NCBI GenBank assembly: GCA_903839865.1
Contig: CAIMEE010000596.1
Span: 8,493-72,492, forward strand
Source: Enhydrobacter aerosaccus
GTDB taxonomy: Bacteria; Pseudomonadota; Alphaproteobacteria; Reyranellales; Reyranellaceae
Reading direction: 5' to 3'
Length of the DNA stretch: 64,000 nucleotides
The stretch's first letter is position 1. Every line of letters starts with the position of its first letter. Made by a program: the position numbers and the translations under genes. A model generated the notes under the pieces. It saw only the letters and a program-made list of their open reading frames with translations. It was not told the DNA's origin and made no database searches. Shown here one piece after another: positions 17,973-27,529 of the stretch.

Positions 17973-18785
17973 TTGACGAAATTTTTATGCTGGATGACGG
18001 TGCCGTTGCTGTCGACCTGCTTCGCTGCCTGCGCGGCCACGCCGCCGCGCACCTCCCTGGATGACGAACCGCCCCGCATCGTCAGCGCCTTCTTCGGGCT
18101 GGATCATGCGCTGCCACCGCAGTCGAGTTTGCTTTTGGAGTGCCGCGAGGCCCCCGGCGCGGACGGCATCCCCGTGACCTTTTCGCGGCGCGTGGTGGGC
18201 CCGATCGATCCGCGCGCCTTCACCGTCATCACGCGCTCCGGTGCCCAGCTGCATCCTGCCTGCGCGACGACACGCCCCGCCAACTCTCCTTTCAAGAATC
18301 ATACGGTGCTCCTGATCGGCGAGTTGGGGCGCCAGGCAACGGATCCGCCCGTGAAGGTTGTGATCACGGGGCCGTTGGCACTGGCCGGAGGAATGGACGC
18401 AAAGGGCCTGTCAGCCCCGGTGATTGCGCTGTCTGACGGTCCGGAGATGGTACTGGCGCTGGGCTTCAAGGCCGGCTCCATTCCGAGCGATTGTCCGGTT
18501 CCAAGAACGCGTACCGTCGTCATGGTCGTCTGGGCCGGAGGTGTGAAGCCCGCACCGGGCAAGGACGACGAGGCCCACCGCACGGGTTATACCGTCACGA
18601 CGGCCACCGACCGGCTGGTCCCATTCGCCCTTGGCGATCTGCATGACGGCAACAATTACGTCCACCTGTGCCTAGACCGCGAGGTGCAGCCCATGCGCAT
18701 TCGCTTCGCGCCGGGCGTCCTGGTCGATCCCAACGGTGACCGCAACCCCGAGACGTCCGTTGACGTCAGTCTCGAGCGGCCTTGA
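17973..18785 (+). CDS. Hypothetical lipoprotein
   Basis: FAAC lipobox-like sequence; SAFFGLD, DGIPVTFS motifs; GGAG RBS, TTG start. Confidence 0.7.
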   Translation: MTKFLCWMTVPLLSTCFAACAATPPRTSLDDEPPRIVSAFFGLDHALPPQSSLLLECREAPGADGIPVTFSRRVVGPIDPRAFTVITRSGAQLHPACATTRPANSPFKNHTVLLIGELGRQATDPPVKVVITGPLALAGGMDAKGLSAPVIALSDGPEMVLALGFKAGSIPSDCPVPRTRTVVMVVWAGGVKPAPGKDDEAHRTGYTVTTATDRLVPFALGDLHDGNNYVHLCLDREVQPMRIRFAPGVLVDPNGDRNPETSVDVSLERP

Positions 18786-18786
18786 A

Positions 18787-19881
18787 CTAGCTGGTCGCCG
18801 CGCCGATACGCGCTTTGTTGCGCTCGCGAAGGATCGGCATGATCCATTTGCCGAAGCGCTCGGCCTCCTCGTCGTGCAGGTAGCCCGAGAGGCAGAAGGA
18901 GTGGCAGCCGAGGTCGATGAAGTCCTGCAGGGTGGCCGCGCACTGCTCGGGATTGCCCACGATCGCGATGCCCGCGCCCGGCCGCACCTGGGTGATACCG
19001 GTCCACAGGTTGCGCTCGATCACTTCGCCCCCCGCCGCGAGTTCGCGCACCCGGCGGTTCGCCTCCGACGTCGCGAATCGTTCGCGCACGAAGGCCTTCT
19101 GCGCCTCGCTCGCATGCCCGATCAGCTCGTGGGCGAAGTCCCACGCCTCCTTCTCGGTCGGCCGGCAGACGATCTGAAGGCGCATGCCGAAGCCGATGTC
19201 CTTCTCGCGGCCGTGACGCGCGGCCATCGTCTTGATCTCCGCCATGTTGGCGCGGATGCGCTCGTAGGTATCGCCCCAGAAGAGATGCACGCTGGAATGC
19301 TTGGCCGAAATCTCCCAGGCCTGCCGGCTGCCGCCGCCGAGATAAAACGGCGGATGCGGCTTCTGGAACGGCGCGGGCCGGATCTGCGCGCCCTTCAGCT
19401 GGTAGAACTTGCCGTCGAAGGTGACGGGCCCGCGCGTCGTCCACAGCGCCTTCAGGATCGAGACTTCCTCGTCCATGATCTCGTAGCGCTCTTCCTTGCC
19501 CCACTTCACGCCTTCGGATTCGTTCTCGGCCTCGCTCTGGCCCGCGATCAGGTTGATGCAGATGCGCCCGCCGGACAGCTGGTCGAAAGCGGTGACCATC
19601 TTCGCCAGCAGCACCGGATTGATATAGGACGGCCGCGCCGCGACCAGCATGCGCATCGACTTCGAGCGCGCCACCATCATCGCGCTCGAGATCCAGGCCT
19701 CCCAGCAGGCGGTCTGCACCGGCACCAGCATGTACTCGAAGCCCGCCGTTTCGGCTGCGGCCACGACCTTGTCGAACAGCTCGAGCGACGGCGCGACCTG
19801 CGCCGAGGCCAGCCCATAGGCCGTGGTGTCGCCGGCAGTCGGCAGGAACCAGCCGAATTCGAGACGCCGGGGTTCAGTCAT
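18787..19881 (-). CDS. LLM-class flavin-dependent monooxygenase (SsuD-like)
   Basis: FGWFLPTAGD, AETAGF, LVAARP, SGGRICINLIAG, YLGGGS motifs. Confidence 0.9.
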   Translation of the reverse strand: MTEPRRLEFGWFLPTAGDTTAYGLASAQVAPSLELFDKVVAAAETAGFEYMLVPVQTACWEAWISSAMMVARSKSMRMLVAARPSYINPVLLAKMVTAFDQLSGGRICINLIAGQSEAENESEGVKWGKEERYEIMDEEVSILKALWTTRGPVTFDGKFYQLKGAQIRPAPFQKPHPPFYLGGGSRQAWEISAKHSSVHLFWGDTYERIRANMAEIKTMAARHGREKDIGFGMRLQIVCRPTEKEAWDFAHELIGHASEAQKAFVRERFATSEANRRVRELAAGGEVIERNLWTGITQVRPGAGIAIVGNPEQCAATLQDFIDLGCHSFCLSGYLHDEEAERFGKWIMPILRERNKARIGAATS

Positions 19882-19885
19882 GGCG

Positions 19886-20863
19886 TCACTCCTTCTCGAT
19901 GCCGGCGGCTCTGGCGAGGCGACCCCATTTCTCGATCTCCGACTTGATGAAGGGCTTCACCTCGGCGGCGGGCAGGCGCTTGGGCTCGAAGGACATCGCA
20001 TGCAAGCGCTCGATCACCTTGGGAGCGACGACGATCTCCTGCACCGCCTTGTCGACCTTGGCCGCGATCTCCGGCGGCGTCTTCGACGGCATCATCAGCA
20101 CGAACCAGGCATCGAGCGCGAACTGGCCGAGTCCCGCTTCCTGGAAGGTCGGAACGCCCGGCAGCTGCGGCGCGTGCGCGTCGGAGGCCAGCACCAGCGC
20201 CTTCACCTTGCCCGCCTTCACTTGCGGCACCGCGATCGCCACGTCTGCGAAGGTCATGTCGATCTGGCCCGACAGCAGGTCGGCCAGCGCCTGCGGCGCG
20301 GCCTTGTAGGGCACGTAAACCATTTCCGATTTGGTGCGCTCGGCCAGCGTCGCCGTAATCACGCGCGCCGACGGCGTGCCCGCGCCCGAAGTGAACGGCG
20401 GCTTGGCGGCGCGCGCGCGCTTGATGAAGGAGTCGAGCGTCTCGTTGCCGGGCTCGTTGCGCACCAGTAGCACGAACTGAAGGAAGCCGTAGAAGCCTAC
20501 CGGCGTGAAGTCGGCCAGGGAATCGTAGGGCACCGACTTCATCAGGTTGGGATTGCCGGCATGGGTGGCCGCCGTCGCGATCATCATCGTGTAGCCGTCG
20601 GGAGCTGCGTGCGCGACGTAGCCGCCTGCGATCGAGCCGTTGCCGCCGCCCTTGTTGTCGACAATCACCGTCTGGCCCAGCCGCGGCGTCAGCTCCTCCG
20701 CCATGATGCGCGCCAGCGTGTCGGTGGCGCTGCCGGCGGCATAGGGCACGACGATGGTGAGCGGCTTGGTGGGCCAGGTCTCGGCCTGCGCGGCCGTGGC
20801 GAGTGGGAGAGTGGCGAGAGCCGCCAGGGAAGATCCAAGCGTCGAGCGTCTTGTCAGGGTCAT
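19886..20863 (-). CDS. Bug/TctC substrate-binding protein
   Basis: Tat-like leader; VPYAAGSATDTLAR, APDGYT, VPYK motifs. Confidence 0.92.
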   Translation of the reverse strand: MTLTRRSTLGSSLAALATLPLATAAQAETWPTKPLTIVVPYAAGSATDTLARIMAEELTPRLGQTVIVDNKGGGNGSIAGGYVAHAAPDGYTMMIATAATHAGNPNLMKSVPYDSLADFTPVGFYGFLQFVLLVRNEPGNETLDSFIKRARAAKPPFTSGAGTPSARVITATLAERTKSEMVYVPYKAAPQALADLLSGQIDMTFADVAIAVPQVKAGKVKALVLASDAHAPQLPGVPTFQEAGLGQFALDAWFVLMMPSKTPPEIAAKVDKAVQEIVVAPKVIERLHAMSFEPKRLPAAEVKPFIKSEIEKWGRLARAAGIEKE

Positions 20864-20961
20864 GCCGTCCTTTATCGCGGACGGCCCGGCATGCGCAAAT
20901 TGCGCTGGTCCCGGCGGGCGGAACTCGCCACCATCGCCGCCTGAATTCGGGGGACAGGTTC

Positions 20962-22575
20962 ATGTTGCAGCACGGCAAACGTCCGACAATCGCATCGCGG
21001 CACGGAATGGTAGCCGCAGCGCATCCTCTGGCCGCCGCCGCCGGCGCGCGCATCCTCTCCAATGGCGGCAACGCCTTCGATGCCGCCGCCGCGACCGCGG
21101 CTGCACTCAATGTCGTCGAGCCCTACATGTCGGGCCTCGCGGGCCAGGGCCTCGCCACTGTCTATGTCGCGAAGGAAAAGCGCGTGCGTTCGCTCTCCTT
21201 CATGGGCGCGATCCCGCGCAAGTTCCCGCTAGACAAGCTCAACAACCGTGAACAGCTCATTCGCGGGCCGGTCGCTGTCGGCGCGCCGGGCAATCTCGGC
21301 GGCTGGTGCGAGATGGTGAGCACCTACGGCACAAAGACGCTGCCCGAACTGTTTGCGCCCGCGATCAAGCTCGCGCGCGACGGCTACTCGATGATCGAGT
21401 TCAACGTCGAGGAGTTCAACGGCGGCGGCAGCGAACTCAGCCGCCATGCCACGCTCGCGCCCGCCTTCAAGGCCAACTACATCGACGGCATCGAGGGCGG
21501 CACGCCCAAGCTGGGCGCGGTACTGAAGCAGCCTGACCTTGCCAAGACGTTCGAGGCGATCGCAACCGAAGGACCGAAGCTCCTGTACGGCGGCGCGCTC
21601 GGCCAGAAGCTGGTCGACCGGCTGCAAGAGCTGGGCGGCGTGCTGACCATGGACGATCTGCGCGACGTGCGCATCGAGTGGGTCGATCCGATAACCGCCG
21701 ACTATCGCGGCCGCACGGTGCATGTGCCGCCGCCGCCCTGCGAGTCGTTCCAGTACCTGCTCACGCTCCGTATCCTCGAAGGCTTCGATCTCGCGAAGAT
21801 GCCGCGCAACGGCGTCGAGCATATCGACACCGTGCTGCGCGCCATCCGCGTCGCCGCCGGCGTGCGCATCAAGACCGGCACGCCCTCCAAGCAGAAGCTC
21901 GCCGAGCTTCTCTCAGACAGCCACATCGAGGGCCTGCGCGCGCGGGTGCGCGACAAGAAGCCGATCACCGGCCCGACCGAGCAGTGGACGCCCGACGTCG
22001 CGGAAGAAGGCCACACGACCTCCTTCTCGATCGGCGATGCCGAGGGCAACATGGTGTGCGTGACGCAGAGCCTCGGCAGCGTCTTCGGCTCGGGCGTCGT
22101 GGTCCCGGGCACCGGCGTCTGCTGCAACAACTTCCTCTACTGGGCAGACGTCAATCCCAAGAGCCCCAACCGCGCCAAGATCGGAGAGATCATGCCGGTG
22201 TGCGTGGCGCCCTCGATCGTGACGCGGGACGGCAAGCCCGTCCTGGCCCTCGGCACGCCGGGCAGCTACGGCATCCTGCAGACCCAGCCGCAGGCTTTCG
22301 TGCAGTACGTCGACTATGCGATGCCGTTGCAGCAGGCGATCGAAGCGCCGCGTGCGCGCCTCACCGACGGCCGCGCCGTGCTTCTGGAATCGCGCGTCGC
22401 GTCCAACGTCCATGCCGAGCTGCGCCAGCGCGGACACGATCTCACCAGCGGCCCGGACTGGACGATGAAGGTGGGGGGCATGCAGGGCGTCGCGATCGAT
22501 CCAGAGACGCGCGTTTACACCGGTGGCTGCGATCCTCGCCGCGACGGCTACGTGGTGCCGGCGTCTCCTATTTGA
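20962..22575 (+). CDS. Gamma-glutamyltransferase family Ntn hydrolase (cytoplasmic)
   Basis: GGNAFDAA, VVEPYMSG, autocleavage GHTTSFS, GTPG, DPRRDG; no signal peptide. Confidence 0.9.
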   Translation: MLQHGKRPTIASRHGMVAAAHPLAAAAGARILSNGGNAFDAAAATAAALNVVEPYMSGLAGQGLATVYVAKEKRVRSLSFMGAIPRKFPLDKLNNREQLIRGPVAVGAPGNLGGWCEMVSTYGTKTLPELFAPAIKLARDGYSMIEFNVEEFNGGGSELSRHATLAPAFKANYIDGIEGGTPKLGAVLKQPDLAKTFEAIATEGPKLLYGGALGQKLVDRLQELGGVLTMDDLRDVRIEWVDPITADYRGRTVHVPPPPCESFQYLLTLRILEGFDLAKMPRNGVEHIDTVLRAIRVAAGVRIKTGTPSKQKLAELLSDSHIEGLRARVRDKKPITGPTEQWTPDVAEEGHTTSFSIGDAEGNMVCVTQSLGSVFGSGVVVPGTGVCCNNFLYWADVNPKSPNRAKIGEIMPVCVAPSIVTRDGKPVLALGTPGSYGILQTQPQAFVQYVDYAMPLQQAIEAPRARLTDGRAVLLESRVASNVHAELRQRGHDLTSGPDWTMKVGGMQGVAIDPETRVYTGGCDPRRDGYVVPASPI

Positions 22576-22594
22576 GCGGCCCTATTTGAGCGGC
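22567..22594. repeat. 14-bp tandem duplication at a convergent gene junction
   Basis: CCTATTTGAGCGGC twice in tandem; copy 1 holds the GGT stop, copy 2 the CBS gene stop. Confidence 0.85.
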
Positions 22595-23019
22595 AGGGAC
22601 GGTTGCGAGATCTCGGCGATTGCCTCGCCGAGATGTTCGTTGTCGGTCGCGCGCGGTTCGGCGGCGATGTCCCCCAGCGAGACGATGCCGACAAGGTTCT
22701 TCTGCCGGGCGAGCACAGCGAGGCGCCGCACCTGCAGCGCTTCCATGCGCTTCAACGCGGCTTCGACCTCCTCGTCCTCGAAGACGTAGGCAATATCGTC
22801 GCTCATGCAATCGCGCACCAGCATGTCGACCGGCGACGCACCGGTCGCCACGCCGCGAACGACGATGTCGCGGTCGGTGATGGCGCCCAGCAGCCGGCGG
22901 TCCTGGCAGACCGGCAACGAGCCGATACCTGCGCGCTCCATGGCCTCGGCTGCCTGCTGAAGCGAGGCGCCGGGCGGCATCGTTTCGACCTCGCGCGTCA
23001 TGATGTCGAGGACTTGCAT
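22582..23019 (-). CDS. CBS domain protein
   Basis: Tandem CBS pair (IGSLPV...GAITDRDIVVR; VRRLAV...VGIVSLGDI). Confidence 0.92.
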   Translation of the reverse strand: MQVLDIMTREVETMPPGASLQQAAEAMERAGIGSLPVCQDRRLLGAITDRDIVVRGVATGASPVDMLVRDCMSDDIAYVFEDEEVEAALKRMEALQVRRLAVLARQKNLVGIVSLGDIAAEPRATDNEHLGEAIAEISQPSLPLK

Positions 23020-23027
23020 GGGGATTC

Positions 23028-23052
23028 AATGCCTAAACCAGTCCCCGGTTGC
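23028..23052 (-). promoter_or_regulatory. Candidate EcfG/SigT promoter
   Basis: Minus strand GCAAC-N16-CATT, 8 nt before the CBS gene ATG. Confidence 0.45.
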
Positions 23053-23134
23053 GTTCGCACCGGCATTCCCCTTGCACTCAGGGCCACGGCGCGTTGGAAT
23101 GCCCCCCAACGACAATTCGAAAAGGGGATGCTCG

Positions 23135-24727
23135 ATGCGTAAACTGGTTTGGCTGGCAGTGGCCGGTCTCGCCGTCCTGGGGGCCGCGACCGCGGGCGCC
23201 CAGACGACGCCGCGAAAGGGCGGCACGATCCGCATGACCGCGCCCTATGCCGCGAGCTTCGGCAGCCTCGACTTCCACACCACGCCGCGCGCCCAGGACG
23301 AGATCGTGGGCAAGTCGCTCAACCGCACGCTCTACAATTTCGATTCGAGCACCAACAAGCTGGTGCTGGAGCTGGCGACCTCGGTCACCGCCTCGCCCGA
23401 CGGCTTGGTCCACACCTTCAAGCTGCGCCAGGACGCCTTCTTCCATAACGGCCGCAAGATGACCGCCGACGACGTCATCTGGTCGTACACGCGCATCATG
23501 GACGGCGCCAAGGCCTATCCCGGCGCGCGCTATGTCCGCCTGATCAAGGGCGCAATCGACGTCGAGAAGGGCACGGCCAAGGAAATCTCCGGCCTGAAGA
23601 AGATCGACGACTTCACGCTCGAGATGACGATCACCGACATCACCGATCCGGGCTTCTACTTCTTCGACGGCACGACGGCCATCCTGCCCAAGGAAGAAGT
23701 CGAGAAGCCCAACTTCGCCAACAATCCGGTGGGCCTGGGCCCGTTCAAGTTCAAGGAGCACATTCCGGGCTCGCGCGTCGTTCTCGAGCGCTTCGACAAG
23801 TTCTACAAGCCCGGCAAACCCTACGCCGACCGCATCGTCGTGCAGCTGATGGCCGAGGCCGCGGCCCGCGACGTGGCGTTCCGCAACAAGGAGATCGACA
23901 CCTCGATCCTGGGACCCGCCCAGTACGTGGCCTACCGCGCCGATCCCGAGCTCTCCAAGGGCATCCTCGAAGTGGCCGAGATGTTCACGCGCTCGATGCG
24001 CATGAACCCGGAATTCAAGCCGTTCGCCGACAAGCGCGTGCGCCAGGCGATCAACTACGCCATCGACACCGACCTGATCATCAAGCGCCTGGTCAAGGAC
24101 AAGGCCTACCGCGCCACCAGCTGGCTGCCGCTCAGCTCGCCGTCCTTCGACAAGGCGGTCAAGCCCTACGCCTACGATCCCGAGAAGGCGAAGAAGCTGC
24201 TGGCCGATGCCGGTTACGCCAACGGCTTCGAATTCGAATGGACGACCAGCCAGAACGAGAGCTGGGGCCTACCGATCGTCGAGGCGGTGATCCCGATGCT
24301 GGCCAAGGTCGGCATCAAGGCCAAGCCGAAGCTGATCGAGACGACGGTGCTGACCGACGTCGTCATCAAGGGCGACTTCCAGGCCGTCATCAGCTCGAGC
24401 CTGACCGGTCCCGATTCGCTGGCCCAGCTGCGCTGCTTCTATTCCAAGACGCCGCGCTCAGCCTGCAACTACGTGACGTTCAACAATCCGGCGTTCGACA
24501 AGCTGCTCGACGATGCAGGCCAGACGACCGACGCCGCCAAGCGCATCGACCTGCTGCGCCAGGCCAACAACATCCTGTTCGAAGAAGCGCCCGTATGGTT
24601 CTTCAACTACAACAAGGCCGTGCTCGCCTATCAGCCGTGGATCCACGGCCTGCAGGCCAACCCGACCGAGATCACGCACCAGTACACCGAAGACCTCTGG
24701 GTCGACGAAAAGTCGCCCGCGAAATGA
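23135..24727 (+). CDS. Peptide/nickel ABC transporter substrate-binding protein (DppA/OppA family)
   Basis: Signal peptide; TFKLRQDAFFHNG, PVGLGPF, VRQAINYAID. Confidence 0.93.
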   Translation: MRKLVWLAVAGLAVLGAATAGAQTTPRKGGTIRMTAPYAASFGSLDFHTTPRAQDEIVGKSLNRTLYNFDSSTNKLVLELATSVTASPDGLVHTFKLRQDAFFHNGRKMTADDVIWSYTRIMDGAKAYPGARYVRLIKGAIDVEKGTAKEISGLKKIDDFTLEMTITDITDPGFYFFDGTTAILPKEEVEKPNFANNPVGLGPFKFKEHIPGSRVVLERFDKFYKPGKPYADRIVVQLMAEAAARDVAFRNKEIDTSILGPAQYVAYRADPELSKGILEVAEMFTRSMRMNPEFKPFADKRVRQAINYAIDTDLIIKRLVKDKAYRATSWLPLSSPSFDKAVKPYAYDPEKAKKLLADAGYANGFEFEWTTSQNESWGLPIVEAVIPMLAKVGIKAKPKLIETTVLTDVVIKGDFQAVISSSLTGPDSLAQLRCFYSKTPRSACNYVTFNNPAFDKLLDDAGQTTDAAKRIDLLRQANNILFEEAPVWFFNYNKAVLAYQPWIHGLQANPTEITHQYTEDLWVDEKSPAK

Positions 24728-24730
24728 AGT

Positions 24731-24769
24731 GAAAGGTCCCTCGCTCCGCTCGGGAGCGAGGGACCCTTC
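24731..24769. repeat. Stem-loop / REP-like palindrome between SBP and permease
   Basis: GGTCCCTCGCTCC-GCTCG-GGAGCGAGGGACC perfect 13-bp stem. Confidence 0.75.
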
Positions 24770-24787
24770 GTTTTCATCCAGTAAATC

Positions 24788-25720
24788 ATGCTTATCGTCA
24801 TCGCCCGCCGCATCGCCAATATCGTCCCGACACTCGCGGCCGTCATTGCGCTGATCTTCCTGCTGTTCTCCGTCCTGCCCGGCAGCTTCATCTCGGGCAT
24901 GTCGGAGGAAGGCCGCACCATCGACCCCGCGGTCATGGAGCGGATGCGCAAGGAAATGGGCCTCGACGATCCGTTGCCGACGCGATTCGTCAAGTACGTG
25001 ACCCACGTCGTGACCGGCGATCTCGGCACGTCCTTCCGCACGCGCGAGCCCGTGACGACTCTGATCGGCCCGCGCATCTGGCCGTCGCTGAAGCTCGTGT
25101 TTGCCGCCATGACGTTCGCGATCGGCGTCGGCGTAACCCTGGGCTTCTTCGCGGCGCTGAAGCCCGGCAGCCTGATCGACACCTTCTCGATGGTGGGCGC
25201 CATTTCAGGCCTGTCGCTGTCGCAATTCTGGTTCGGCCTGATGCTGATGTACCTGTTCGCGCTCAAGCTCCAGTGGCTGCCGAGCTTCGGCTACGGCGAC
25301 GGCGGGCTGACTCACATCATCCTTCCCGCGGTGGCGCTGGGCGTCGGACCGATGGCGCTGCTCGCGCGCACGACGCGCGCCGCCGTGCTCGACGTGCTCA
25401 ACGCCGATTTCGTGCGCACCGCACGCAGCAAGGGCATGAGCGAGCGCCGCGTCGTCACCTGGCACGTGCTGCGCAACGCGCTGGTGCTGGTTGTCACCAT
25501 CGTCGGCCTGCAGTTCGGGTCGCTGATGGGCCAGGCGGTGGTGGTCGAGAAACTGTTCGCCTGGCCCGGCATCGGCTCGCTGATGGTCGACTCGGTCTTC
25601 CAGCGCGACATGCCGGCGGTCCAGGGCTGCATCCTGATGATCGTGCTGTTCTTCCTTGTCATCAACACGCTGGTCGATCTCGCCTACGTCGCGATCGATC
25701 CGCGCATCCGCTACAGCTGA
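24788..25720 (+). CDS. Peptide ABC permease (DppB-like)
   Basis: GDLGTSF, DFVRTARSKG, HVLRNAL, DPRIR. Confidence 0.93.
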   Translation: MLIVIARRIANIVPTLAAVIALIFLLFSVLPGSFISGMSEEGRTIDPAVMERMRKEMGLDDPLPTRFVKYVTHVVTGDLGTSFRTREPVTTLIGPRIWPSLKLVFAAMTFAIGVGVTLGFFAALKPGSLIDTFSMVGAISGLSLSQFWFGLMLMYLFALKLQWLPSFGYGDGGLTHIILPAVALGVGPMALLARTTRAAVLDVLNADFVRTARSKGMSERRVVTWHVLRNALVLVVTIVGLQFGSLMGQAVVVEKLFAWPGIGSLMVDSVFQRDMPAVQGCILMIVLFFLVINTLVDLAYVAIDPRIRYS

Positions 25721-25724
25721 ACCG

Positions 25725-26552
25725 ATGAAGCTAAAGGGCGGCTCCTCCCTCTGGATCGGCGGCGTTCTGGTCGGCATCGCCGTGGCGGCGGCGATCGCAG
25801 CGCCGATCATCCAGCTCACCGATCCGGTGCTCGACGCAAACCTGATGAATGCCGAAATCCCGCCCGGCGCGGACTTCCCGTTCGGCACCGACGCGCAGGG
25901 ACGCGACATCTACTCGCGCATCGTCCACGGCGCGCGCATCTCGCTCACCGTCGGCATCGTGAGCCAGATCTGCAACAGCCTGATCGGCGTGACGCTCGGC
26001 CTCACCGCGGGGTATTGGGGCGGCTGGTGGGACGACCCGGTGAGCGGCCTCACCAATCTCATGCTGGCTATCCCCTCGCTGGTCTTTGCGCTGGCCATCA
26101 TGGCGATCCTGGGGCCCGGCCTGTTCAGCCTGGTCATCGCGCTTGGCCTCACGAGCTGGTCCTATTCCTGCCGCATCGCGCGCGCGCAGGTCCTGTCGTT
26201 GAAGAGCCAGGGCTACGTTCAGGCCGCGCGCATCCTGGGCTACGGCGATCTGCGAATCATGTTCACGCAGGTCTTGCCGAACATCCTGGGGCCACTGATC
26301 GTGATCGCGACGCTCGGCATGGGCGGTGCAATCCTGTCCGAGGCAGCGCTGTCGTTCCTCGGGCTCGGCATTCGCCCGCCCTATCCGAGCTGGGGCAGCA
26401 TGCTCTCCGAAGCGCGCGACCAGATCACCACCGCGCCGTGGCTCTCGGTATTCCCGGGCCTCGCGATCTTCCTCACGGTGCTGGGCCTCAATCTGCTGGG
26501 CGACGGCCTGCGCGACATCCTCGACCCGCAGTCGACGACGAGGCGCGCGTGA
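25725..26552 (+). CDS. Peptide ABC permease (DppC-like)
   Basis: FGTDAQGRD, YVQAARILG, EAALSFLGLG, GDGLRDILDP. Confidence 0.93.
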   Translation: MKLKGGSSLWIGGVLVGIAVAAAIAAPIIQLTDPVLDANLMNAEIPPGADFPFGTDAQGRDIYSRIVHGARISLTVGIVSQICNSLIGVTLGLTAGYWGGWWDDPVSGLTNLMLAIPSLVFALAIMAILGPGLFSLVIALGLTSWSYSCRIARAQVLSLKSQGYVQAARILGYGDLRIMFTQVLPNILGPLIVIATLGMGGAILSEAALSFLGLGIRPPYPSWGSMLSEARDQITTAPWLSVFPGLAIFLTVLGLNLLGDGLRDILDPQSTTRRA

Positions 26553-27529
26553 TCCCACAGCCGCTCCTCAAGGTCGAAGACCTGCACATCGCACTGAAGG
26601 CCGAGAGCGCGACCTACAATGCCGTCGAGAAGGTGTCCTTCGAGATCGGCCGCGGGGAAGCGTTCGGGCTGGTGGGCGAGTCGGGCTGCGGCAAGAGCAT
26701 CACCGCGCTCTCCGTGATGGGCCTGCTGCGCCGGCCACTGTCGCTTGGCAGCGGCAAGATCATCCTCGACAACCAGGAGATCCAGGACGCCTCGCCTGCC
26801 GAATGGCGCCGCCTGCGCGGCAAGCGGGTCGCCATGATCTTCCAGGAGCCGATGACGGCGCTCAATCCGCTGTCCCCCGTCGGCCGCCAGATCGCCGAGA
26901 TGTTCGTGCTGCATGAAGGCTGCGGCTGGAACGAGGCGATGGACCGCGCCGAGGAGGCTCTCCGCCAGGTCCAGGTGCCGTCACCCGAACGGCGCATCAA
27001 GGATTTCCCGCACCAGCTCTCGGGCGGCATGCGCCAGAGGGTGATGATCGCGATTGCGCTCGCCTGCAGTCCGGAGCTGCTGATCGCCGACGAGCCCACG
27101 ACGGCGCTCGACGTCACGGTGCAGGCCGAGATCATCGACCTGATGGCCGAGCTGTGCGCGGCCAAGGGCACCGCGATCCTGATGATCAGCCATGACCTCG
27201 GCCTGGTCGCCAACATGTGCCGGCGCGTGGCCGTGATGTATGCCGGCCGCATCGTCGAGCAGCAGGACGCCGACGCGATCTTCGCCACGCCGCGCCATCC
27301 CTATACGCAGGGCCTGATCAATTCCCTGCCCCGCCTTGGCGAGCGCTCGCGGCGCGGCCGCCAGCGGCTGCAGGAAATCACCGGCGTGGTGCCGTCGATC
27401 GCGGGCTATCCGTCGGGCTGCCGCTTCAATCCGCGCTGCGCGGCCGTGACCGATATCTGCCGCAGCGTCTCGCCGGAGATCACGCCGTTGCCGGCCGACG
27501 GACTCGTGCGGTGCCATCACCATGGCTGA
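26549..27529 (+). CDS. Peptide ABC ATPase (DppD-like)
   Basis: GESGCGKS, LSGGMRQR, DEPTTALD, GCRFNPRC; GTG start overlapping the upstream stop. Confidence 0.93.
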   Translation: MIPQPLLKVEDLHIALKAESATYNAVEKVSFEIGRGEAFGLVGESGCGKSITALSVMGLLRRPLSLGSGKIILDNQEIQDASPAEWRRLRGKRVAMIFQEPMTALNPLSPVGRQIAEMFVLHEGCGWNEAMDRAEEALRQVQVPSPERRIKDFPHQLSGGMRQRVMIAIALACSPELLIADEPTTALDVTVQAEIIDLMAELCAAKGTAILMISHDLGLVANMCRRVAVMYAGRIVEQQDADAIFATPRHPYTQGLINSLPRLGERSRRGRQRLQEITGVVPSIAGYPSGCRFNPRCAAVTDICRSVSPEITPLPADGLVRCHHHG

